A stretch of 60,135 bases of DNA, taken from the IMG/VR virus record IMGVR_UViG_3300045988_044599. One strand, 5' to 3'. Under the pieces are notes generated by a model. It saw only the letters and a list, made by a program, of their open reading frames with translations, searched no databases and was not told the origin of the DNA. Shown here in pieces: positions 27,121 through 35,373 of this stretch. The position numbers were made by a program, and so were the translations under genes. The DNA comes from a virus. Position 1 is the stretch's first letter, and every line of letters begins with the position of its first letter.

Positions 27121-27590
27121 CAGGCACCACCATCAATGACACGCAAACCCAATGCGGAAGCACGCTGCCTGTTCCGTTGAACGTTACGAGCACCCTCAGT
27201 ATCGCCCTCATACGCGGAAGCCTTCATATCGTCAGGCTGCGGAGCATCGAACTTCAACCTCACACGAGCTTCGGGTGTAATGCCCAACGTGGCCTCACGC
27301 TGACGAATCTCGGAAGCCAACATCCAACGGCCCTTAGTCTTCGGACGCCAGAAATCATCCTTCAACAACGCCAAATCCTGAACCGCGTACCAGTCGGCCT
27401 CAACACCCATACGCTGAGCCAACGGACTGACACGAAGCGACTCATACCACTTCTTCGTCCGTTCAAGCCACTCCTGCCCATCAGGGCGAACAGCAGGAAA
27501 CTCCAAACCCATCGGACTATCAGGCGCACGAAGAATCGGATTCTTCGACTTCTGCGCACCACGACCATTACCAGCCACAGCCAGCCTCAC
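27120..27590 (-). CDS. terS: terminase small subunit
   Basis: 156 aa. Its stop overlaps the terL start, and it contains LGITPEARVRL, which is P27-family-like. Confidence 0.65.
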   Translation of the reverse strand: MRLAVAGNGRGAQKSKNPILRAPDSPMGLEFPAVRPDGQEWLERTKKWYESLRVSPLAQRMGVEADWYAVQDLALLKDDFWRPKTKGRWMLASEIRQREATLGITPEARVRLKFDAPQPDDMKASAYEGDTEGARNVQRNRQRASALGLRVIDGGA

Positions 27591-27619
27591 AATCCGCCCG
27601 TTTCAGGCAATACGCGAAG

Positions 27620-28120
27620 CTAGGACGTTCCACCCTCGCAACGCTTGTGAACCAGCAGACGATTCGCCAAAGTCGCACTATGCGACTTCTCCAACGGAAC
27701 CTTCCACACGAAAGCGGCACCATCGGCACCACTCGAACCAACATCAACCAGCTCATGGCATTTCGCGCACAAGCCGCCACACTTCTCAACCACCTGAGAA
27801 TCAGTAAAAGACTCAACAACAAGCTCGGACTCAAGCTCGGACACGTCAACCGGACGCACGTACATAGTCGTTTCAGGCTTCACCGGCAACGACTTATCAT
27901 CATCACGAGCACGCTTATACGCCACACGGCAACGCCCAGAACAAAACAACTGGTCGGAACGCTTCGGATCAAACCACGTATGGCATTGAGGACACATGCG
28001 CTGACGCAACGGCTTCAGCGGAGACCCCGAATAACGGTCACGGTCGTAATGCGAACGACACAATCCCTTCGCACACACCGGATTAGCGCAACCGGCAACC
28101 GCGCACATGAACTCATTCAC
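27620..28120 (-). CDS. HNH-type Zn-finger endonuclease-like protein
   Basis: CAVAGCANPVCAKGLCRSHYDR together with CAKCHELV...LLVHKRC. A GTG start overlaps the upstream stop (GTGA). Confidence 0.55.
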   Translation of the reverse strand: MNEFMCAVAGCANPVCAKGLCRSHYDRDRYSGSPLKPLRQRMCPQCHTWFDPKRSDQLFCSGRCRVAYKRARDDDKSLPVKPETTMYVRPVDVSELESELVVESFTDSQVVEKCGGLCAKCHELVDVGSSGADGAAFVWKVPLEKSHSATLANRLLVHKRCEGGTS

Positions 28121-28506
28121 TTGAAAGCCGGGTGAGAATACCAACGCTTCTCCCTCCGACTCCTACCCTTCGCACGACGAACCTCAGCAGACTCACCCTC
28201 GGTCTTCCGCTGATGATGCCAACGACACAACACCCACAAATTCTCAGGACGATCATCATCATGGACGGGATTACGAACCTTATGGTCAACCTCATTCCCA
28301 TACCGTCCACACAGGCGAACATTCCCGTAATCATCCTTGACCGGCCACTGGCACCTATGCCCATCCCGTTCAAGAATCATCGCACGGACACGCGGCCAAT
28401 CAGGATTGAACCGTTCATCACGATGGGAACTAGACCACGCCACAATGCCTCCACAAAAACAGGGTTGGCCGGTGCTGAGCAAGAAAACACGCCAAAGGGA
28501 AAACAT
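28117..28506 (-). CDS. HNH endonuclease
   Basis: ERDGHRCQ...GNEVDHKV...NLWVLCRWHHQRK. The start was moved to M22 because the ORF-track N-terminus runs into tRNA-Leu. Confidence 0.8.
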   Translation of the reverse strand: MFSLWRVFLLSTGQPCFCGGIVAWSSSHRDERFNPDWPRVRAMILERDGHRCQWPVKDDYGNVRLCGRYGNEVDHKVRNPVHDDDRPENLWVLCRWHHQRKTEGESAEVRRAKGRSRREKRWYSHPAFK

Positions 28507-28542
28507 CCCAGCAGGAAAAGTTCTCAGATCAACCAACCCAAG

Positions 28543-28624
28543 TGCTCCGGGAGGGATTCGAACCCTCACACCCTACAGGTAGCGCATTTTGAGTGCGCCG
28601 CGTCTACCATTCCGCCACCAAAGC
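28543..28624 (-). tRNA. tRNA-Leu(CAA), type II
   Basis: GCTTTGG-TG-GCGGAATGGTAGACGC-G-GCGCA-CTCAAAA-TGCGC, then a 14-nt variable arm, then GAGGG-TTCGAAT-CCCTC-CCGGAGC-A. The acceptor stem has two G.U pairs. Confidence 0.8.
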
Positions 28625-28746
28625 AAAAGAACAAGCGTCCCACACTCCACCCACAACAGGAGCATGGGACGCTCGTTCAACCCCCAGAGAGCCATAAGGA
28701 ACCAATGGCATCATCACAATGGCTTTTTACCGCCAGCCACGGCGCG

Positions 28747-28831
28747 CGGATGCTGAGGGAGTCGAACCCCCGAACCGTTCCCGGTCGCCACCTTAGCAAG
28801 GTGGTGCAATAAGCCACTCTGCCAAGCATCC
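28747..28831 (-). tRNA. tRNA-Ser(GCT), type II
   Basis: GGATGCT...CCACC-TTGCTAA-GGTGG, a long variable arm, then GGGGG-TTCGACT-CCCTC-AGCATCC-G. Confidence 0.8.
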
Positions 28832-28839
28832 AAAATGCA

Positions 28840-28950
28840 AGAGCCGCCGCAGCGACTCAGGAGACTGTTCCCGCAGACTAGGCGGGTCAGCTAAAACTAG
28901 AGCCGCCACAAGACGACTCCGAAGACCTTTCCCACAGCCTGTGGGTAGGC
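28840..28950 (-). repeat. two 52-nt related spacer repeats between tRNA-Ser and tRNA-Trp
   Basis: The copies are 28840-28891 and 28899-28950, about 70% identical. Each folds on the minus strand into two hairpins, CCCGC..GCGGG or CCCACA..TGTGGG followed by GAGTCG..CGGCTC. Confidence 0.7.
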
Positions 28951-28954
28951 TGAG

Positions 28955-29026
28955 CACAGCATGTTGGACTCGAACCAACATCGACGGTTTTGGAGACCGT
29001 AATGCTACCGGTTGCACCAATGCCAT
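28955..29026 (-). tRNA. tRNA-Trp(CCA)
   Basis: ATGGCAT-TG-GTGC-AACCGGTA-GCAT-T-ACGGT-CTCCAAA-ACCGT-CGAT-GTTGG-TTCGAGT-CCAAC-ATGCTGT-G. There are two G.U pairs in the acceptor stem. Confidence 0.75.
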
Positions 29027-29254
29027 ATACCCGACTTAGTTAACGTCCAAGTCGGAAAGACGTTCGGCATGGTGGAATGGGCTTTACCACCAACGGCAAG
29101 GAACGTGAAACATCTATGCACCCGTTTGGCCGTGCCTCCCCTTCGGTCATCAACCACCTGATTAAGGCAGGGAGCCTCTTATCCCCCACATGTTCCAGCG
29201 GAGATATTCGAGCAATGCCATCGATCTCATAGGCAGCTACCCCATGAAACCTAG

Positions 29255-29308
29255 AGCAAACCCCGGGAATCGAACCCGGCAACCAAAAGGCTGTGCCAAC
29301 AGGATTGC
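29255..29308 (-). pseudogene. truncated tRNA-like element (T-arm and acceptor 3' strand only)
   Basis: CCGGG-TTCGATT-CCCGG-GGTTTGC-T. The only 5' partner is GCAATCC (one mismatch), just 22 nt upstream. No D-arm or anticodon arm can be drawn. Confidence 0.5.
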
Positions 29309-29749
29309 AGACCAGCCCAAAATAATAGGTACGAGTCCATATAGGCCACGCCCGGGATAGACCGGTCGGACTGCTGACCGTACCGCATCTAGAATCCTCA
29401 CACTCCCCTTGTGAGTGGACGGCCAGACGTTGATGTGGCTTAAGCTAGCTTCACCGCCATCAACATCAATCCAAGGAACATTATACACAATATGTAGGGT
29501 GCAACAACGGTTGCAACCACTAAATATGTGAAGACTTCGTGAGTAACGGGTAATCCAAAAATGTTCCAGCGAGCATTCAGCGTCAGCACTAGAGAGCCAG
29601 CGGCCTTGCTTTTTGCGCCGGGGGGACACTCCCCCACGGGGGTGTTTGTTGCATGGTGCAACATTAGAACGTTTGTGCGATTGTGTTTTGGCGTGTCGTG
29701 TGGTATCGCGCGGGCACGTTCCTCTTATGCGATCATGTCCGTGCCCGTC

Positions 29750-29888
29750 GTGGCCGTCGTGGCTATGGCGTGGCTGTGGCCGTGCCGTGGCGTGGCCGTC
29801 GTGCCCTGGATGTCGTGGCATCCCTGGGCATGGCCGTCGTGACGTGGCCGTGACGTCCCTGGGTGTGGCCGTGGCACGGCGTGGCCGT
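29750..29888. repeat. array of seven (G/A)TGGCCGT motifs in a non-coding region
   Basis: Copies start at 29750, 29776, 29792, 29830, 29844, 29865 and 29881, embedded in G/T-rich sequence. Only low-complexity shadow ORFs cover the region. Confidence 0.8.
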
Positions 29889-30261
29889 GGCTGTGGTGTC
29901 CACTGTCTTTGTGTCGCCGTCGTGTGGTTGCGACACGCCGACGAATGCTAGTGTTTGCAATGGTTTTGGTGGTGTCTGTGTTGTCTTGGTTTGCTATCTG
30001 ACTGGATAGCGTGTATAGTGAGAGCCATCAAGCAAACGACAACGAAAGGAACAGAGATGAACGAGAGGCCACCACCACGGAGACCACCACCGCAAGGCCG
30101 GTGACACGAAGCCCCCTAACAGGCGCGGCATGGATGATTGAAAACTGAAGAGTGGACGCGACGAAGACGCGACGGATTGCGACTAGGCATGATGCACCCT
30201 CACAGCATGCAAGGCTGAACCGTCGTCGAGTCGCCAACGTGGCGCGGTGTCCGGCATGGAA

Positions 30262-30291
30262 TTGTCCCGCGCTGTCTGAGTGGTCTACAAT
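30262..30291 (+). promoter_or_regulatory. candidate promoter of the plus-strand module (-35 TTGTCC, 18-nt spacer, -10 TACAAT)
   Basis: The -35 is at 30262-30267 and the -10 at 30286-30291, about 30 nt upstream of the ATG at 30322, which has an AGGAG RBS. The -10 lies inside the 22-bp inverted repeat. Confidence 0.4.
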
Positions 30292-30295
30292 GGCC
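30274..30295 (+). repeat. inverted repeat, left copy (IR-L): GTCTGAGTGGTCTACAATGGCC
   Basis: It is the exact reverse complement of 37512-37533. Confidence 0.95.
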
Positions 30296-30321
30296 TCTAA
30301 TCCAAGTTAGGAGTAAGGGCC

Positions 30322-30537
30322 ATGAGTTTGAAAGAATTAAGGATGAAGCGCGGTCTAACGCAACGTGAGTTAGCGCAACGTAGTGGCGTGCATCATGTCG
30401 AGATTGCGCAGATTGAGACAGGTAAACGCAATGTTCGGGCGGTGTCGCTTGATACTGCACTGCGATTGTGCGATGCTCTCAAGATCGCTAATCCGCGCAA
30501 ATTGCTTGATTCTGATTCTAAGTCTTCGGCGGAGTGA
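30322..30537 (+). CDS. XRE-family helix-turn-helix regulator
   Basis: 71 aa with LRMKRGLTQRELAQRSGVHHVEIAQIETGKRN. Confidence 0.85.
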   Translation: MSLKELRMKRGLTQRELAQRSGVHHVEIAQIETGKRNVRAVSLDTALRLCDALKIANPRKLLDSDSKSSAE

Positions 30538-30590
30538 TCCGCCACAGGGCTAGCGTAGTCTTTATGGCACGTCTAGCCTACAAATGAGTC

Positions 30591-30618
30591 GAGCCGGATA
30601 GTTGCAGCTATCCGGCTC
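30591..30618 (+). terminator. 11-bp-stem hairpin after the XRE gene
   Basis: GAGCCGGATAG-TTGCAG-CTATCCGGCTC. The T-tail is weak (GATTGCT). Confidence 0.4.
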
Positions 30619-30636
30619 GATTGCTCAGTAATCATC

Positions 30637-30662
30637 AACTAACTAACTGACTAACTAACTAA
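30637..30662 (+). repeat. tetranucleotide run (AACT)3-GACT-(AACT)2-AA giving stops in all three + frames
   Basis: The sequence AACTAACTAACTGACTAACTAACTAA is read directly. Confidence 0.9.
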
Positions 30663-30703
30663 GCCCTCTTATTCTAGCAAGGGGGCTGGAATGGAGTATC
30701 AAA

Positions 30704-31090
30704 ATGTATACCGTTGATAAGACCTACAAGAATATCGAAGCCAAGTTCAAGCCCCGCAGCAAGTGGGACCAGGGCGTGAAGGATACCGCGCTGGCATTGC
30801 TTGATTCGCTCGACATGCCCGAAACGGTTCTTCCCGACCACTTCGGATCGCGTCGCGCGCTGTTGCTGAACGGCGCGGACAATTGGCGGGAATACAGTTA
30901 CGGCGGGTGCGCTCTCGTGTACAACGTGGATATCGCCGCCCGGTTCTTCACCCCGTCCGAAATGCGCCGGTACATGGCTGATGGTCATGATGCAAGCATG
31001 GCGTTCCGTGGCGAGCCTCTGCTTGACTTGCAGGCGCGTGCCCTCAGCCAGGCGGAGCGTGTTATCAGCCGGTACGCGCGGGAACACTGA
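30704..31090 (+). CDS. hypothetical protein
   Basis: 128-aa ORF with GGAATGGAG upstream. No motif was recognised. Confidence 0.65.
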   Translation: MYTVDKTYKNIEAKFKPRSKWDQGVKDTALALLDSLDMPETVLPDHFGSRRALLLNGADNWREYSYGGCALVYNVDIAARFFTPSEMRRYMADGHDASMAFRGEPLLDLQARALSQAERVISRYAREH

Positions 31091-31100
31091 GGGGCAAGTC

Positions 31101-31400
31101 ATGTGTGAGAAGTGCCCCATCGATCAACGTTACCCGTACTACGGTTTTCCTGTGACGCCAGATTCCCGCAAGCTGCGGGATGAGGCCGAGCGTTACCGTG
31201 AGATCGCTATCCGCTGTTTCGTTGCCGAGAGCGATTGTGCCGACGTGAAGCGGGCGGATGCGCTGTGGCGTGAGATGTGCCGTGCCGGTGATGAGGCGCG
31301 GTTTCTGTGCAGCAATGCGCGTCGTTTGGAGATGGAAGAAGCCCTACAGTGTCGGGCTATCGAATATCCCAATTGTCCTAATCGCAAGCGTATGCGCTGA
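31101..31400 (+). CDS. hypothetical Cys-rich protein
   Basis: The internal ATG of ORF 30981-31400, right after the previous stop, gives MCEKCPIDQRY... (99 aa). Confidence 0.55.
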   Translation: MCEKCPIDQRYPYYGFPVTPDSRKLRDEAERYREIAIRCFVAESDCADVKRADALWREMCRAGDEARFLCSNARRLEMEEALQCRAIEYPNCPNRKRMR

Positions 31401-31491
31401 CTTGTTCCAGGCTTTCGGGCGTGAGCCTATCAATCACGCCCATATAGCCCGTTCGGGCATTACATTCCAACACAATCGAGGTGCTTTAAAA

Positions 31492-31809
31492 ATGTCTTTT
31501 GTTACAGTTGATTTTCCTGATATTCGTGAATCTGATTCCGCAGAGTATGCGTATCTCGCCAACGTGTACAACACTACGTATTCACACAATCAAAACGCTT
31601 GGCGTTCGCCTGATGAAAACAGGCTTGACGGAACCACGTATGCCGCGTGGTGGTTGATGGATGAATACTATACGCGCGGTGAACATGCCATGATTGGTGA
31701 GTGCCGCCGCCTGTTAACGAAACGTTGCCGTGCGGAACTGCACAGCGAACACAATAGAGAGTTTTGCACCGGATTCTACACGGTTGTTGATTCCGTTCTT
31801 TCCAAGTGA
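31492..31809 (+). CDS. hypothetical protein
   Basis: The ATG is preceded by GAGGTGCTTTAAAA. 105 aa. Confidence 0.55.
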   Translation: MSFVTVDFPDIRESDSAEYAYLANVYNTTYSHNQNAWRSPDENRLDGTTYAAWWLMDEYYTRGEHAMIGECRRLLTKRCRAELHSEHNREFCTGFYTVVDSVLSK

Positions 31810-31819
31810 GGTGTTCGCA

Positions 31820-32158
31820 ATGCGTAAGAAGATTACTCTGCTTGTTGCCGTGCTTGTTGGCCTGTTGGCTTTCGGCGTGGCTTGTTCCACAGCGCTTTCC
31901 GATCAGCCGGTTGCCGATCCGCATGGCACGCCTGAGCAGCAGTGGACGTGGTGGCGTGAGACTTATGCCACGAAGGATTACGGCCAAGCTGACCTAGCGA
32001 GCTACCGCGAGTTGTCAGCCATTCCGCAGTGCGGCATGGAGGACGGTAGCACTTCGGACGGTTACGAGCGTATTTGCGAGTGGCGTGGAAGCGTTGACGG
32101 CAATCAATCCGGCACGTCATATGTGCTCGTGAGTGGCAGCAAGGTTTTGGAATGGTGA
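31820..32158 (+). CDS. predicted lipoprotein
   Basis: MRKKITLLVAVLVGLLAFGVAC is a signal peptide with a lipobox-like Cys. 112 aa. Confidence 0.6.
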   Translation: MRKKITLLVAVLVGLLAFGVACSTALSDQPVADPHGTPEQQWTWWRETYATKDYGQADLASYRELSAIPQCGMEDGSTSDGYERICEWRGSVDGNQSGTSYVLVSGSKVLEW

Positions 32159-32228
32159 AACCGCTCAGGGCCGTGCGGTTGAACGGCCCAATCAAATAAT
32201 CAAGTTTTTATACAAGGGAGTTTTAAAA

Positions 32229-33050
32229 ATGTCGAACAAAGTTAACGGCCTGTGGGCAGTCAATTCGTCCAGTGTCTTCATGTTTTTCGATTCCGTCAAT
32301 AGTCCGAGCGTGTGGCGTTTCGAGATGAAGGATGGCGTTGAATCATGGCGGATGATTCCGGGCGTGAAGAATGCTCAGGCGGTGAGTGGTGTAGCTGCCG
32401 CGTATCGTGCTGACGGTGGTACGTGGCTTGACCCTAACGGGCCTGATTACGCTCAGGCGGTGAGTGAGATCGGTGACGTGCCGTTGATCGTGGAACGTGG
32501 CGATTGCATGGTTTCCTCTGATTGTGGGGATTATACGGCGCATGGCGTGAGCCTGTCGGACGCCGACCGTGAGCATGGTTGGGAATTGTCTTATGAGCAT
32601 GGCGGCATGGTTGTGTCACGTGACATTTCATTCCTCACCCCGGCCGAGTGTGACCATCCTGAGATGTGCGAGACTTACGATGATTTGCCGGTTGTCGCCC
32701 CTGAACCGCAGTCGGTTGAGCCTGAACCGGATACGGTTGAGATTCCTGAAGTGCCGCCGATTCCGTCCAAGGATACGCCGAAGGTGATTGCGCAGCATGG
32801 CGTCAAGGCGCGCGTGGTCACGATTCCAGGTGGCAAGTCGGTCAAGGAGTTGGCTGACATGTTTGGTGGATATGTGCATAAGCCGCGTGGCTTCCGTGAT
32901 TCCAAGGGCCGTCGCGTCGCATATGTCGCGTTCGACGGTAAGAGTGGCGTGGTTGCGTACCGCGACTACTACCAGCGTGGCAGTGGCCAAACGTTGGAAG
33001 AGTCCGTGGCCGCGTACCTCTCTCAGCATGAGATTGTCGAGGTGGCCTGA
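32229..33050 (+). CDS. hypothetical protein with a Pro/Glu-rich linker
   Basis: 273 aa. The start is preceded by GGGAGTTTTAAAA. Confidence 0.6.
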   Translation: MSNKVNGLWAVNSSSVFMFFDSVNSPSVWRFEMKDGVESWRMIPGVKNAQAVSGVAAAYRADGGTWLDPNGPDYAQAVSEIGDVPLIVERGDCMVSSDCGDYTAHGVSLSDADREHGWELSYEHGGMVVSRDISFLTPAECDHPEMCETYDDLPVVAPEPQSVEPEPDTVEIPEVPPIPSKDTPKVIAQHGVKARVVTIPGGKSVKELADMFGGYVHKPRGFRDSKGRRVAYVAFDGKSGVVAYRDYYQRGSGQTLEESVAAYLSQHEIVEVA

Positions 33051-33051
33051 A

Positions 33052-33252
33052 ATGTCACGTGTCGTCATCACAGCACAGCAGGTCAAGGCCGCTTTGGATG
33101 CTACCGGCTATTCGTCCATCGACTCGAATATTCAAACCGTGTTGAGGGAGATTGGCAAGCGTCCCGCATTGATAACCGCGTATCTCAGCACGGTTATCAA
33201 CGCGGCTGCCGACAATCTGCCTGATCCGCGTCATATGGATTGCCTGTTCTGA
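33052..33252 (+). CDS. hypothetical protein
   Basis: 66 aa. The ATG lies 2 nt after the previous stop. Confidence 0.45.
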   Translation: MSRVVITAQQVKAALDATGYSSIDSNIQTVLREIGKRPALITAYLSTVINAAADNLPDPRHMDCLF

Positions 33253-33340
33253 AAAGTTTGGCCGGACGGTACTAGGAATATCGTCCGGCCATTGCAAACA
33301 GTAATTAACTCAACCAAACCATTTGCAAGGAGATTCTACC

Positions 33341-33697
33341 ATGTCTCGCCATTATTACGCTGTTTATTGGCCTTACGGTGTCAACACTTTCAATTTCGAC
33401 CATGAGCCGATTGGTACTGTTGTCCCATTCGATACGGCTAAAGCGCGTGACGCTTACTTTGCTGCTGACCGGTTCGACGGTAATTTTCATAGGAGCGTGC
33501 CGGATTATCGATTGATGCGCAAGATGATGCTTGGTGCGCTGAGAGAGTTCCGTTCGTTGGATTCCAAGGGCTATGCAGGTTGGCGTGTGGATGGCGTCTT
33601 CTATGAGTCTCTTGGTGATGCGTACAAGGCGATGTTCGATGCTGATGCGCAGTTGCGTTATGAACTGTTCGGTGACGTTGATTCGAGGGAGGCGTGA
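33341..33697 (+). CDS. hypothetical protein
   Basis: CAAGGAGATTCTACC precedes the ATG. 118 aa. Confidence 0.55.
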   Translation: MSRHYYAVYWPYGVNTFNFDHEPIGTVVPFDTAKARDAYFAADRFDGNFHRSVPDYRLMRKMMLGALREFRSLDSKGYAGWRVDGVFYESLGDAYKAMFDADAQLRYELFGDVDSREA

Positions 33698-33966
33698 GTG
33701 TCATGGAAACGTTGAAATTGTGGGCTGATTTTCATGTTGGTCAGCAAATGTATGCATATGACCATTTTGATGTGGTCGAGCGTAAGCGTTATTGGCGTCC
33801 CGTGTCGAAAACGTATCTTGTGTACGCGTGGCTGCGTGACCTGATTCGTGGGATGCGTGATGCGCGCTTGGGTGGATTCCAGGGTTGGTTGTACTGCGTT
33901 GTCAAGGATGGCGGGTTCACCACTCAGGAGTTCATGGGGTTCAACGATGAAATCGAGGTGTTGTGA
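33694..33966 (+). CDS. hypothetical protein
   Basis: 90 aa. There is a 4-nt start/stop overlap on both sides. Confidence 0.55.
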   Translation: MSVMETLKLWADFHVGQQMYAYDHFDVVERKRYWRPVSKTYLVYAWLRDLIRGMRDARLGGFQGWLYCVVKDGGFTTQEFMGFNDEIEVL

Positions 33967-34496
33967 TGATTGACGTGAATATGCTGCCGCGTGAGCTTAC
34001 CGGCTATGTGGGTCATGTCTGCGGCCTGTGGTTCGGCAGTTATTTTATTGATTTTGAGCCTGTGTTCGTCCATTCCACGGCGGGCATCATCGGTGAACTG
34101 TACGAATACCTGGTGGATACGGTTCAGGACAATTCGATGAATGGCGGCTTGGATTATGAGGATGCGGAAGAGTACGCGAAGTTGGCGGCTACCGTTCCGT
34201 GGTCTATGGAAGAGATTGACCGCGTGGCGGAACAGTCTTTCCGCTACGTGTCTGACCGAACGTTGCAGGTGGCTTACGCCTTGTGTGTCCTCACTTTTGA
34301 TGCGATGTTCCCGCAGAAAATCGAGGTTGTCAAACCGGACGTGCGGGAGACGTTGTTGAGCGTGGCGTTCCCGCATGATTGGCAGCGCCGCATGGCGGAG
34401 TCTGACCATGATCGCGTGAGCGCGTATCGCATGGGTTTGGAATGCGTGACGAAAGCGTATGACAAGGTTTTCGACCGTCTTGGGGAGGCTGACTGA
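33963..34496 (+). CDS. hypothetical protein
   Basis: 177 aa, translationally coupled to its neighbours. Confidence 0.6.
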   Translation: MMIDVNMLPRELTGYVGHVCGLWFGSYFIDFEPVFVHSTAGIIGELYEYLVDTVQDNSMNGGLDYEDAEEYAKLAATVPWSMEEIDRVAEQSFRYVSDRTLQVAYALCVLTFDAMFPQKIEVVKPDVRETLLSVAFPHDWQRRMAESDHDRVSAYRMGLECVTKAYDKVFDRLGEAD

Positions 34497-34497
34497 C

Positions 34498-35373
34498 ATG
34501 ACGCGCAGTAGGAACAGACGGCTTCGCCTCATCCCATCGCACCTTCCGCTGATCCGCGACAAACTCGCGGAATACGAGCGGGTCGCATTAAAGAAGGAGA
34601 TGGCTGCGCACTCGCAATACGAGCGGAGCATGGAAGCGGCTTGGAATTTCGCTGATAATCTCGCCGTCGCGCAGCTTTGGTGGATCAGCCGGGACATGAC
34701 GGCGCTGGCGGAAGATACCGTCCGGGCAGGTGATTTCCCGAAATCGGAAGCGCCGGCGCAAAGCGGGCTTATCTTCTTCGACGGGGATGTCCAAATGGTC
34801 AGATTCCCCGTGACCGACGACGCGACGGGAAGGAAGGTCGGAGACGCCCATGTGTCGGCACTCTTCTGGCAATGCGACGGCAACGGCGATATCGAATTGA
34901 TGGGATTCACGGACCATCCATGCGCTCTGAAGGAATGCGACGCGAAATCATTCTCACTGCCGGTCATCAGATTCGCCAACGGCATTTTCAATGAGCATGT
35001 CGGCGGTTTCCGATGGTTCGGCGATCTGCTGCGCGCGGTGTGGGCGTTGAGCGCGGAACCGCATATCTGCGAGGCGAAACCGGCGAAACCCGATATGACG
35101 CATCCGCTGCCGCAGCGTTTCGACCCGGAAATCCGCAAGGTCAAGATGCTGGTGCTGCGTGAGAATCTGCATCGTCCAGGTGAAAGCTCCGACAATGACG
35201 AACAAGTGCGACGCGAATACACCCATCGTTTTATCGTGCGTGGTTTTTGGCGTAATCAGGCGTATGGGCCGGACCATTCGCTGCGCCGCCGCCAGTGGAT
35301 ACCTCCGTTCGTGAAGGGTCCTGCCGACAAGCCTTTGATCTGCAAGGAGACGGTGCGCATATGGAAACGGTGA
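34498..35373 (+). CDS. hypothetical protein overlapping the recombinase gene start
   Basis: 291 aa counted from M14 of ORF 34459-35373. The C-terminus is ...HRFIVRGFWRNQAYGPDHSLRRRQWIPPFVKG. Its stop lies 13 nt inside the recombinase ORF. Confidence 0.6.
   Translation: MTRSRNRRLRLIPSHLPLIRDKLAEYERVALKKEMAAHSQYERSMEAAWNFADNLAVAQLWWISRDMTALAEDTVRAGDFPKSEAPAQSGLIFFDGDVQMVRFPVTDDATGRKVGDAHVSALFWQCDGNGDIELMGFTDHPCALKECDAKSFSLPVIRFANGIFNEHVGGFRWFGDLLRAVWALSAEPHICEAKPAKPDMTHPLPQRFDPEIRKVKMLVLRENLHRPGESSDNDEQVRREYTHRFIVRGFWRNQAYGPDHSLRRRQWIPPFVKGPADKPLICKETVRIWKR

Noticed and set aside
29040-29450. A phage tmRNA, or an intron-containing tRNA, anchored on the T-arm at 29255-29279.
   Set aside because: No 5' acceptor partner (pattern G-Y-R-R-R-Y-Y) was found within about 400 nt upstream on the minus strand. 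No tag-like reading frame or resume codon context was recognisable.
29440-29664. 74-aa minus-strand ORF with a hydrophobic C-terminus.
   Set aside because: It has no RBS and atypical codons (TTA, ATA). It overlaps the GTTGCA/TGCAAC palindromes and G/C alternative-pairing motifs, so it is more likely non-coding.
29237-29821. 194-aa His/Arg-rich minus-strand ORF, and Val/Trp-rich plus-strand ORFs, across the GTGGCCGT repeat region.
   Set aside because: The composition is dictated by the DNA repeat. The ORF runs through the tRNA-like fragment and has no plausible start context, so the region was treated as non-coding.
29750-29888. A CRISPR array, considered here and also for the 47909-47969 iterons.
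   Set aside because: The repeat units are only 8 nt long with irregular or 11-bp spacing. There are no 25-40-nt repeats alternating with unique spacers and no cas genes.
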